A stretch of 64,000 bases of DNA from the NCBI GenBank assembly GCA_965113315.1, contig OZ220368.1, one strand, 5' to 3'. The position numbers were made by a program, and so were the translations under genes. Shown here in pieces: positions 23,301-34,840 of this stretch. The notes under the pieces were generated by a model, which ran no database searches, had not been told where the DNA came from, and worked only from the letters and a program-made list of their open reading frames with translations. The DNA is from Podarcis vaucheri. Lineage: Eukaryota. The stretch's first letter is position 1. Every line of letters begins with the position of its first letter.

Positions 23301-26300
23301 CTGACACAGATACTCTCATGATCGCTTCCAAAGGCCTGTTGTTATCCAAGGCCCTGCTCAGACGTAGCTCTCCAGTGCTGTGGTTCAGGAGCACCAGCCT
23401 CAGTTCGTTGCCTTGCTCAAAGCTGTAGGTAAGCGTATCAGAGACATCCGGGTCATAGGCTGGGATTCTGCCAATCACACCCGTGGGGAAACTGCTGGAC
23501 TTGTTGGTGATATAGTTATTGAAGAGGATCTCAAAATTCTTCAAGACAGGAATGTTGTCGTTCTTATCCAGCAGACGGACGTGCACAGTGGCCCGGCTGA
23601 CAAGTGGGGCTGAAGTAGCCTGGACCACAATGACATACTCAGACTTGGCCTCATAATCCAAATCCATCAGTGCCGTCAGCTCTCCGGAGAAGATGTCAAG
23701 TTGAAAGACCTCAGGAATGTTGCCTTCCACTATCTGATACATGATCTGGGCATTGGTGCCCTCATCTGGGTCGCTGGCAGTAATCCGGGCCACCACTAAA
23801 CCAATGGGGCTGTTCTCCTCAACAAAAATGTCAAACTCATCCTGTTCAAAGACAGGGGGGTTGTCGTTGACGTCAAGAACAGTGATATAGACATCAATAG
23901 GGGTCCTCATGGCTGGCATGCCCTTATCAACGGCATATGCCCTAAGCTCATACAATGGGACATTCTCCCTGTCCAGCCTGCGCAGTGTCCTAACAATGCC
24001 CGATGTGGATTCAATTATGAAGTCTCCATCCCCATCGTCCCCACCCTGGAAGGTATAGAACACCCTCCCATTCAGCCCAGAGTCTCTGTCGGTGGCAGAA
24101 ACCTGCAGGACACTCGTGAAAGCTGGCACATCCTCATATACAGAACCCTGGTAGTTATCCCTTAAGAACTGAGGTGCGTTGTCATTTACATCGTTGACTA
24201 GGATCTCCAGGTAGGTAGTATCTGATTTCTGGGGGATACCATTGTCCCGGGCTGTAATTGCTAACGTGTAGGACACCTGATCCTCGTAGTCCAGCTCCAT
24301 CTGAGTGGTGACAGCACCAGTATCCATATCTATCTTGAACTGAGGGATACTGTCTTCCATGAAGTAAGTAATGCGGGCATTCTCCCCCGTGTCTTCATCC
24401 GTAGCACTAATAATAACTACAGTGGTACCCACTGGCCTGTCCTCATTGATGTTCACGGTGTAGTGGGAGCTTTGGAAGACTGGTCGGTGTGTGTTGGCAT
24501 CTGTCACATTCACAAAAACCTGGGCCGTGTCGAGTCGTGTGCCATCGGAAGCAGTAATGGTAAGCAGGTACTGACGCTCTAATTTGTAATCCAAGGGTAG
24601 GGCAAGGGTGATGAGACCCCCACCACTCTGGCTGGTTATGGAGAAGCGATTGCGGGTGTTCCCATTAGTGATCTGGTAGGTGATGACACTGTTGACATCC
24701 CGGTCAATGGCAGAGACTGTAAGGACACTGGTGCCCACAGCAGCGTCTTCATTGAGCCTCATGGTATATTCCTTTTGAGTAAACTCAGGATTGTTATCAT
24801 TGACGTCCAGGACGGTGATGCTGACACTGGCCGAGGAGGTCATGGGGGGGCTACCGTGGTCTCGGGCCTCAACACCAAAGTTGTAGAAGTCCACAGCTTC
24901 ACGGTCCAATTCAGAGGCCACCACAATCCAGCCTGTGTTGTTATTGATGGTGAAGGGGAAATCAGAGCTTGTGTCAACCAGAGCATACTCCAGCCGAGCG
25001 TTCTCCCCAGAATCCGCATCAATGGCTTGGATGTGGATGACAGAGTAGCCCACGGGGACATTCTCCAGCACCGTGGACTGAAAAGGGGTGCTGACAAATA
25101 TGGGGGCATTGTCATTGACATCCAACACCTGGATGGTCACCAGGCCACTGATGTTGGAAAGAGGGGGTCTTCCTCCATCCTGGGCCCTAATGCGGAGGGT
25201 GTATTCCTTGTTCATCTCATAGTCAAGCTGGCTGACCACATCTATGTTACCTGTCTGGGCATCGATGTAGAACTGGCCGCGGGTGTTGCCACTCATGATG
25301 CTGTAATGCACCAGCGCATTGCTGCCTTTGTCCCGGTCGGTTGCATTGACCCGCAGGATGTGAGTGTTGGAGGCCACGTTCTCGGGCACCTGCACCACGT
25401 AGCGTTTCTCGCTGAACTGCGGCGAGTTGTCGTTATCATCCTCCACCGTGATATGGATCGTGGCTGTGGTGCTGCGTGGCCCCGGGTCTTTGCCTTGGTC
25501 GTTGGCCTCCACCATCAGCTGGTAGGCCTCAACCGCTTCCCGGTCCACCAGGCCGTTGGTGCGAATGACGCCGGACTTGGGGTCAATCTCAAAGATCCGG
25601 TTGGAGCCGTTCCCGTTCAGGATGCGGTAGAGGATGTTGGCGTTGGGGCTGGCATCCCCATCCGTGGCCCTCACCGTCAGCACCTCGTAGCCCACCTCCA
25701 GGTTCTCCCGCATGCTCTCCTTGTACTCCTGCTGCTCAAAGACCGGGTCGTGGTCATTGGTGTCGCTCACCGTGATCATGAGGGTGGCCAGGGCAGTGCG
25801 GCGTGGCACGCCGTGGTCCGTGGCCGTCACGCGGAACACGTGGGTGCTCTTGGTCTCCCGGTCCAGCTCCTCAGCCGTCGTCACGGCCCCCGTCTGGGCA
25901 TCGATGGCAAAGAAGCTGTTGGAGCGGCTGTCGTAGAGGGCATCCATGGAGTAGTCCAAGCGGCCCCACTCGCCCTCATCGGGGTCCAGGGCCCGCAGCA
26001 TGATCACGGGGGTCCCCGCCGGCCTGTTCTCCGGCACTGAAGCCTGGTAGGCTGGCATCTGGAACTGAGGGCTGGCGTTGACGTTCCTCTTGGAGCGGCT
26101 GCTCCCCGCGCCACCTCGGGGGGCCCCCTCGGATTGCCACAGCTTCTCCATCTGCTGCTGCGAAGAGCCCAGGCCGAGGCTCCACAGGACAAAGGTCTCT
26201 CCCTCCTCCTCCTCCTCACAGAGGCTGCACAGGAGCTCCAGGCGCAGCGGGTGCCCGGAGCGGAGGCACCTGGCCCGAGGGGGCAGCATCAAGTCCTCCT

Positions 26301-26778
26301 GGAGGTGGTCCGACGGCTCGCTCCCGCCGCTGTCGCCTCGCAACCGGCAGCGCAGCCGGCAGCCTCCCCGCGAGCTGGCCGGCGGCAGGGGGACGCGCGC
26401 GCCCGGCTCCATGCACAGCGCCCGCCTGCGCCCCCTGCGGAACCGCGGGCCCGGCTCCGGGGCCAGCAGCAGCCGGCTCAGCAGCACCAAGTCGCCGTCC
26501 TCAGCCGCGTCGCCGCCGCCGCAGCGCGGCCCGAGCAGGTGCGCCCAGAGGCCGCGGGCAGGACGCGCGGCCGGGCAGCGCCACGAGAGCGGCGGCGCGG
26601 CGCAAGCGGGGAGCAGCTCCGGCTCCGGCGGCGGCGGCGGCCAGGCCGGTCCGCTGAAGGGGGCGCAGGGCGGCCCCGGGGGGCTCCGGGCTGCGGCCGA
26701 GCGGGGGATCCCCAGCGCCGCCAGCAGCAGCAGCAGCACAGCCCGGCCGGGGGCGCAGCAGCCGCAGCCGCCGCCCAT
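23301..26778 (-). CDS. CELSR2: CELSR2 coding exon 1 (signal peptide, pro-region, cadherin repeats 1-9); gene continues beyond the left edge of the window
   Basis: The 1198-aa ORF has a hydrophobic signal (AVLLLLLAALG), a furin-type site RSKR|NVN and tandem cadherin repeats (LDRE/LDYE, DxNDNxP, AxDxD). It is near-identical to recalled CELSR2 sequence (e.g. FSITSQSGGG, KSDTTYLEILVND, SRALDNNRPLEA). The real exon ends at a phase-1 donor TCAG|GTAAGG at 23301/23300; the last ~40 aa of the ORF are intron read-through. Synteny with SARS1 and ELAPOR1 supports CELSR2 over CELSR1/3. Confidence 0.96.
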
Positions 26779-27260
26779 CTCCCGCCGCCGCCCGCACTCC
26801 GGCTTCCTCTCGCTCCGTCCGTCCGCGCGTCGCTCAGCAGCTGCGCTTCATGCCCAGCGGAGGGTCCGGGCCGAGGCGCCCGCCGGCTCCGCCGATCAGC
26901 CCCAGCAGGTCCGCCGCCGCCGCCGCCGCCGCCGCGTGCGCTCTTGCTCGCAGCCCGCGAAGGTCTCTCCGCCTGCCAACCAGCCCGGCAAGGCTCCGCT
27001 GCGGCAGCAGCTCGCCGACGCTCATTTCCATAGACCTGCGGCTCTTAAAGGAGCCGCGGCAGCCCCGGCTGCTGGAGAGGAGAGGCAGCCGCGCGGTGGG
27101 GCCCTCCCCGTCGTTACACCGCCACTTTCTCCCCCAGCGGCGGCGGCGGCAGGGCTGCTGGAGAGGTCCGCCGATGGCCGGGCCTTAGGAGCAACCCGGG
27201 AATAACGGGCGGTGGCATTGAGCGTGTACAGAGTGCAGCAGGGGCTCGGCTTGCTCATGT
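25300..27260. promoter_or_regulatory. CELSR2: CpG island covering the CELSR2 promoter, 5' UTR and 5' part of exon 1
   Basis: Very GC-rich with dense CpGs against a CpG-poor background; boundaries are approximate. Confidence 0.85.
26911..26934 (-). repeat. (CGG)8 trinucleotide repeat in the presumptive CELSR2 5' UTR
   Basis: Uninterrupted (CCG)8 on the plus strand. Confidence 0.85.
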
Positions 27261-27292
27261 CCGCAGGCAGACTTTGCCCATCTGGACTGGCC

Positions 27293-27729
27293 TTTATTTA
27301 TTTATTTCTGACGTTTATATGCCGTCTTTTCTTCTGGGGGTGTACATGAAGCATAGAATTGGAAGGGAACAGGAAGGGTCGTGGATGCTTTAGCGGAAAT
27401 TCCTACATTGCAGGGGGTTGGACTAGATGAGCCTTGGGGTCCCTTCCAACTCTACAACTCTGTGATTTCATGATCTAGACCAGCCCCCTGCAGTGCGGAT
27501 ATCGTTTGTCCAATGTGGGGCTCAAACCCATGACGTTGAGATGAAGAGTTTACTGACTATGGCTCTCCTGCCCACCCCCATTTCATCACTGCAACAACCT
27601 TGTGAGGTACTAAGAGAAGGTGGCTGGCCCAAGGTCATCCAGTGAGCTTCGTGGCTGAGTAGGGATTCATATCCTGGTCTCCCAGGTCCTAGTCCCAACT
27701 CTCTGAACCATTACACCACAATGGCTCTC
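27293..27729 (-). mobile_element. Nested cluster: MIR-like SINE containing a tRNA-Lys/CR1 SINE (27352-27560, -) that contains a CR1 tail (27381-27472, +)
   Basis: Each host element resumes after its insert (gaagggtc|...|atctagac; gtacatg|...|atggctctcc). Confidence 0.65.
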
Positions 27730-29930
27730 ATTACTATTATTACTATTGCAAGGCATCCCTCCCAGTGAATTTGTAAACTGTGATCAGGGCTCTCTGGGGC
27801 TTAATGTTCAGTGCCAAAGCTTAGCCCTGAAAGAAATGAACCAGTAATGAGCATGCACAGAGTACCTTTTTCTTCACATCTTAGAGCAGGAGTTGCCCAC
27901 ATAGTGCCCTTCAAATGTTGCTGGACTACAACTCTCATCGTCCCACACATCCTTGGCCATGTTGGCAAGCATCCATGGGAGTTGCAACCCAACAACACCA
28001 GGAAGAAACCACACTGGCTGTGCCTCTCTTGGGGAATTGCAGCCAGCTTTCATATATCTGGGACTGGAGGAACGGCTTCTGGTGTCCTGAACACTTGGGA
28101 CTCTCTCGCAACATGAGAAATTCCATTTGGGAAAACCCCAACAGTTAAATCCTTTTAAAAAGCCAATTTATAATGTATTGTAAATACACACAATGGAACT
28201 TTTGTGCCTGGTGCATTTGGATGCGTAGACCAATTCTGCATTTTTATTTTTATTTTTAAACTACAACACAAAGTTGATGTGGCTATAATGGCTAGTACCA
28301 AGGTTTTGGGAGCTGAAAGAAGAGTGTTTCTGTTTTTTTGCCATGGCATGCTATTCATTCTCAGCAGCTGTTCAAATGCCCATAATTTTCATTTTGCTGT
28401 TACGCAGCCTATTGAGAAAGTGACACCACAGAAATACTACTTGTATGCTGTCCTTGTATAAACATGCACAAAAACGCCGACTGTGTAGGCAAACATTCTG
28501 CATGGATTTCTGCACAGAAGCAGTTCAACTCCCACTCAAAGTGGGAATTAAGCAGCCAAACTGTGTTGAATTTCAATAACAAGTGTGGACAGGAATTGAT
28601 AAGAGGCTGCCTCGTACCGGGTCAGACCGTTAGTCCATCTAGCTCACTGCTGTCAGCAAGGATTGGCGAGGTTTCAGGCGGGCGTCTTTAATCTATTTAT
28701 TTATTAGATTTCTCACCTATCCTTGACTGTGGAACTCACTGCCACTAGAGGCAGTGGTGGCCACCAATTTGGATGGCTTTAAAAAAAGGATGAAATGCAT
28801 TCATGGAGGATAAGGCAAGCAGGGTCCACTAGCCATGATGGCTATGCTCTGCCTCCATGCTCAGAGAGAGTATGTTTCTGAATACTAGTTGCTGGAAACC
28901 ACAGGAGGGGAGGGGGCTTCTGTGCTTGAATCCTGCTTGTGTGTTTCCCACCGGCATCTAGTCAGCCACTGTAAGACCAGGATGCTGGACTAAGTAGCAT
29001 CTTGTTTATAAAATGGGGAAGGACTGGAGCGTTTGCCTTGCACACAGAGGTTCCCAATTCTTGTCATCTCCAGTTAGGGCTGCAACCCGGGATAAGCTGC
29101 CACCAGTCGATATAGACGATTATGGATCACATGGGTCAATGTTCAGATTCAGTGTAAGACAGTTCCCTATGTTCCTAAGAGCAGAATTCAGGACTTCTGT
29201 AGCCTGTGAAATATTTTGTAAAAGAAAGAAATTGGGGTTCCATCTCTTCTTAGAGCCAGTTTACAAGACGACCATGGGTGGAGTGGGGTGGGGTGACTCT
29301 GTTCAATCAGTGCAAATCTTCGTTGTGATGAACTGAAGGAAGAAGCCTGTGCTAGTCAGACAAGCAGAACTGCATAGGCTACGCTGGACAGCAGCCTGGG
29401 CCAGATACCCTGGCTGAAACCTTCTCTCTCTCCCCCCCCCCCATTTGACTTCTCCAATGGGTGGGCCAGCGCCAATCATTCACTGGCTGGAGCCTGGTGC
29501 TTTCTTTCCCTTCCACCTCCTTTCCTTTTACACCAACTTTTGCAGCACATTTTGCTTGTGTACGTTTTTGCATGTACAAGGAACCTGCTTGCGCAAGGCT
29601 TGCCGCTCCAGGAATGGTGCTTCTTAAAAGGGCAATGCCTCCAGCTTTCTCACAGCCTCGCTCACTGCAGGTGCACAGAACCTCAAACACGTCCCTTTCT
29701 TTGGACTGATTCATAATAATAATAAGACTGCTAGTGGTGCTGCTGTATTCCCCACTTAGGTAGTGCCCACTATGTAATCAGAACTTCAGTTCTTTGATTT
29801 GGAACTCATTATGACTCACATACACAAATTCAGATCCTCTTTCCAATGAAAACAACAACAGCAATACACTTTTATGCTATTAGATACACAAAAAGAAACT
29901 GGGGGGGGGGGAGAAAGAGTTTATGTACAT

Positions 29931-30023
29931 CAGGCTGCAATCCTGTACAGAGTTACTTGGGAGTTAGTCTTATTGAACTCACTGGGGATCACTTTTTAAC
30001 AGACATGCCTAGGATTGCACTCT
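29931..30023. mobile_element. Old palindromic MITE-like element; related copies near 30860-30950 and 38076-38146
   Basis: tgcaatcct...aggattgca terminal inverted repeat with a shared gtaag/cttac core. Confidence 0.5.
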
Positions 30024-33000
30024 CAGAGACTGGACGTGTCTGTTATGTATTTCTGTTTTTAAACAGTTGCATAACGGAAAGCATTAGCATTTAAATACTA
30101 CAGCCATAAGTGAATCAATAATAATAATTTGCATTGATATAGCAATTTAGAAGCACTTCCTATACATTATCCAAATACTTGTTACACAATAGGCCATAAT
30201 GTATGTCTCCATCCTGCTATTGCAGATGTGGGAGCTGAGAGGTAAGCGCCAGCGAGATGCACCTTGTGGGTTCACATCTGAAGGAAAATCTAAAACGGAT
30301 GGATGTCTCGGATCGTACTACTAATCCCTTGAATAGACTATTACTCCCTCAACTCTGAATATAAAGGAAGCAATTTGACAGAAACCACAGCTGTACATCC
30401 TTGGATTATGAATGGGGACTCCATTCAAACCCAATTGAAATGAACTGAAGTTAAACAGAAGCAATGCATGCTGGTGGGCCATGGTTGAAATAACTAGGAT
30501 TTTATTTTTTTTAAGACAGTTAACATTGTTGCCTCTTCAACTCATCAGGGGGCTGCACAGGTATATTGTACAGGTGTTTGTTCACAACAACAACAACAAT
30601 AGATCTAAAATGTATTCACTGGCAGGAGCTCCAAGAAAATGGTTCTCTACCTGGGCATTTTACCCTGAGAACAAAGGGTTTTTCTTTTGTCCTCAGAGCA
30701 GAGTAGCCAAGCACCATCACCCTGGGCAAATGACCAAATCTATTTTAATGTTCTGCTGTGTAAACCTATGGCTGAAGATGGATCACTGGTGGTTGGAAAA
30801 CTTGCAAAATGGCTGAGCCAATAAAATATAAAAATTATGCCTTTTCATCATTTTTTGTAGCACAAAATCCTATACACACCTACTCAGAAGTAAGGCTTGC
30901 TGAGTTCAATGGGCCTTACTTCCAGATTAATCAGTACAGGACTGCAGCCCAAGTCTATTCAACAGCACCCATCATCCTTTGGGTGACTATCTGCATCCTG
31001 ATTTATAATAACAAAAAAAACCTCTCTGCTCTGCCAAGACAAACTCCTTAGCAATAGATAACTTGTTTTGAACTGGATGTAGACAACCAACCAGCCTAGA
31101 ACAAAGCAGGTGCAGGAAACCCAGCATCAAAGATGCTAAACTGGAACACATAGCTCCCTGTACATTGACATGGCATAACTGGAGGCAAATTAGGCGAAGT
31201 TTCTCTTAAACTCCTGTCTCTGCTGCTAAGGGCCAAGCAGTTCTCTAGCTGCAAGCCAATCAGGCAGGCAGGCAGACAGGCTGGAGCGACCAATGGCTCC
31301 CAAGGATACAGGGAGGAATGTTGCCTCTCCTCCTAGCCTACTGAGTGAAAACAAACAAGTTAGACAGTGCCATTCAGGAGGAGAATGGCCATCAATTAAT
31401 TACACCCTGGATTTAGGACCCTTCCTGCGAGCCATGCGAAGGAGCCCAACACCATCCAGGACAAGAGCCGAATAAGGTTGGAATCGAACTCAGATACCCA
31501 TTGTGAAGTCTCCAAAAGCACCTTGGGATATGAGCGTTATTGATGCATGCACTCTGATAAGAAAGGAATGCAGAAAAATGGGGCAGGGAGGGAGGTGTGG
31601 TGCTGGCTGACGGCCACTGTGTGAGGGAGGACTGCACTGCAAGTTACAAAAGCCATGTGCAAGGGCACATCTGTGTGGGAAGGAATAGGAAACAAGCAAG
31701 CGCACTGTAACATGCAACCATCACACACGGGTTATTTTCTCTTTTGAACACACACATGATGTCTGCAGGATGTCTGGCACATTCGACTTGATTTGGTGGC
31801 AGATCTGAGGTTCTGCCCATAAGGAAAACTCAAGCTTGCTAGACTCCAGCTGTTTCTGCTATGAATTCAGAAGTAGAGAAAGAGTTGTGAGGAGAGGCTA
31901 GTTTCCAGCACTCTGTCTAGGATGGCACCGGGAGTAAATGGGTGAGCTGTACTTATTTGTAATTGTTCATTCATTATTTCATGAATACTCAAGTAGGCTT
32001 CTGCAATGAGCTGGATCCCCAGAGGGCTGATTTCTCCATGCTATTTGGATGGGTCTTTGCCATGGAAACAGTAAAAATAAAATTACTAGGAATTGGAAAC
32101 TGGCTATATATCTTTAAAAAATAGCAGCAAGGAATTAAAGGCTTACATCATTTTAATGTCTTTTTAAATCAATTTGAATCCAAGTTGAGAATACTCTATT
32201 CTCTCAATTGTGTGCAACAACTAGATCTATTATGATAACCTCAGTCTAAAAAGTTTAGGGGATATTTTATTCAACCACTCTTCATTCAGGTTTTGAGGGA
32301 AAGCCCTTTGCAAAGCAAAAGCAGAATACAGGATTTTATGGCTGTTATCAAAGATGGTCAAGGTTGTGTAATGGCTTTTAGCTACAGATTGTATGAACCT
32401 GTAAAATAGAATGGTATCAATTGGGGAAATACTGTACATTCAGTGAGCAATGGAACCACTTCAGATTGTTCTAGGTGAGAATCTCCTCCTTGCAGACTCA
32501 GGTATCCTCATGGCAACACCACCATTATGGTAATGTGGCGGAAATCACAAAACAATTGGCCCAGTTCGTACATAACAGCACACCACTGTTAATGGCTTCC
32601 TGTGAACACAAAGATGGCTCCCATTTTGGTGAACAGGAGCAGCAAACCATAATTCTCGGTTTAGAATTCTTCCTGACCCAAGGATCAGGCTTCACTTCAC
32701 TTAAGAAAATATTGCCTAACCAATTATTAGGGATTGCTGGTTTGGATGTAACGCTAAGATGGGGAATGTGGGTTGTTGCTCCCACATGCGAAGAGAGGAG
32801 CTGCGTGGGAACAATCTGTACAGTCATGGCAAACCATTAGCTAGGCTTTACTGTGTGACATACAAATGCTGCCAATATGCTTTAAGCATGGAACAAAAGA
32901 CCCTTGCTGCAAGGACCCCAAAGAGTTGTGTGGGTTCTGCTAGCTAAGTGATTAATTTCAGAAGATCTGTAAATCAGGGCTTATTATCTTCCTGAGAAGT

Positions 33001-34683
33001 CTATTATTTAGCATTCGAACACTTGGAAGAACTGGCAGTTGCAGCCACAAAGAGCAGCATGAATTAAACTGCTCTGGAGAGTGATGATAATGGAAATGAT
33101 CGCTCTGTGCTTGGTCCACCTGGCTCAGGCCATCCAGATGAAGTAAGGAGAACACACATTTAATGGGGAATTTGGGGCCCTGTGAATGCTAGTCCTGGAG
33201 GAGATGAGGAACTGTTAATTCAGCAGCTCCACATTGCCAATTGATTGGTTATGGAGGGTGATGCAGGAGACGGCTGCATGCATCTGGGCTTGTTGCCTGA
33301 GCCACTGATCTGAGAGACGGGTTCAGAGGCACCAGGGCAGGAAGATATTGACCAGGATTGAATGGGGGAGTCAAAGCGGCTGCTGCACAGCTGAGGAAGC
33401 TGGTGCTGCTCACAGGCGAAGCTTGCAGTCCTGCCTCTTCATATATTTTTTACTGCTGACGTGAAGACATCTCAGCAGCAGCTCCAACTTCTTGGGGAAA
33501 GACCTGGATTCCTCTCCCCCCCCCCCCACTTTGTACAAACGAACAGAGCATAGCCCTAAGGCGGCAAGTGAAGCACACAGATTGAGAACAAGTCAAACAA
33601 GTATTGGAAAAGAGGCAATGTCAAGAGTGGCCGGGTGTGGCCCCCAGGGAACTGCTAAATCATCACATTGACAATAAAGGGAACCCTTCTGTATTGTGGA
33701 CTCTGTTCTGGAGGGAGGATAAAGAAGGGAAAATGGCACCCCCTAGTGGGAGGAAGGGGGATGTGATCGGTTGAGAACCTCAGGAAGGAAATGGTGGTAG
33801 CACCCTGGCCAGCTACTAGCTGGCCTCCTCCTAGACAGGAGTGTGGGGTGCTAGGCAGACTCTCAAGCACCCTTCCTTCCCTGTGGCCTGCTGGCATGTT
33901 CCTTTGCTGCCCCACCAACCTCATCCTGCTCCCACCTGCCTGCCTTCTTCGTTTACAACCAGTCCAGGAGGTGAGCCTTACCATCAGTTTCCTACTCCTT
34001 AGTCTCAGGCGCTGCCATTGCGCAAGTCAGCAGGGAGGAGGATGGGGGCAACATTAGAAGTAGTTGGCTCTGCCTGGCATTCTCTGTGGTGTCACTGACT
34101 GTTGGGCCCCACCTGCCCCAATGGGCAGCAACCACCTCTGAACTGGAGGCATGGAGCTGGTGGGCAACGCTGCAGGCTCCAGGGGGTGACTGGCCTTCAT
34201 ATAGCAAGAGGCCCCAGAGGGTTGTGGCTGGTTCACTGTATGGTTTCTACTCACACAGCTCATGCGGACAAATGCAATGCATGCACAGAGTAATTACAGA
34301 CCGAGCCAGCAACCGCTCCTGTAATTGTTGCAGCTGGGAAGTCACCACCTTTGTTTATCTCTCATTGTACCCGCCTGGGGATGGTTGCGTGGGCAGAGAC
34401 GGCATTACGTGAATCGACCCTTGGCACCTGGAGGGTTTAGGTGGCTGCCTCCCCAGCCAGGGGCCAAAAGAAACATCTGCCCTGTGCTTGCTTCATCCTT
34501 TGAACTTAATGAGCAGCTTCATTTTACTGGTGACTTTTAAAGGGAAGCTGAGCTGGCGCTGTGCATCCAGAGCATTAAAAGGTACAGGAGAGGAGGAGCT
34601 TCCGATTTCAAGTGGCGGGGGGGGGGGGTTGCATGGTTGAGCCAGTCAGATCAAGTTTCACTATAAAAGACAACCACCATATA

Positions 34684-34840
34684 CCGTATTTTTCTGTGAC
34701 TAGGTTTTTCTGTGACTAGGTTTTTCCCCTAACAAATAATGTCAAAAATTAGGAGGCATCTTATACACGGATACCTCTCCCCCATTTTCTTAAATCTGAG
34801 TCCCCCAAAATAGGGGGTGTCTTATAGATGGAAAATATGA
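34684..34840. mobile_element. Tc1/mariner-type MITE, degenerate
   Basis: TA|ccgtattttt...gaaaatatga|TA, with an internal tandem duplication of ttttctgtgactaggt. Confidence 0.6.

Noticed and set aside
24775-27205. Long plus-strand ORFs (421, 375 and 299 aa) overlapping CELSR2
   Set aside because: Antisense shadows caused by codon bias and the scarcity of stop codons in GC-rich DNA.
30520-30552. Second possible hammerhead (CTGATGAG on the minus strand)
   Set aside because: No GAAA core or consistent stems follow it.
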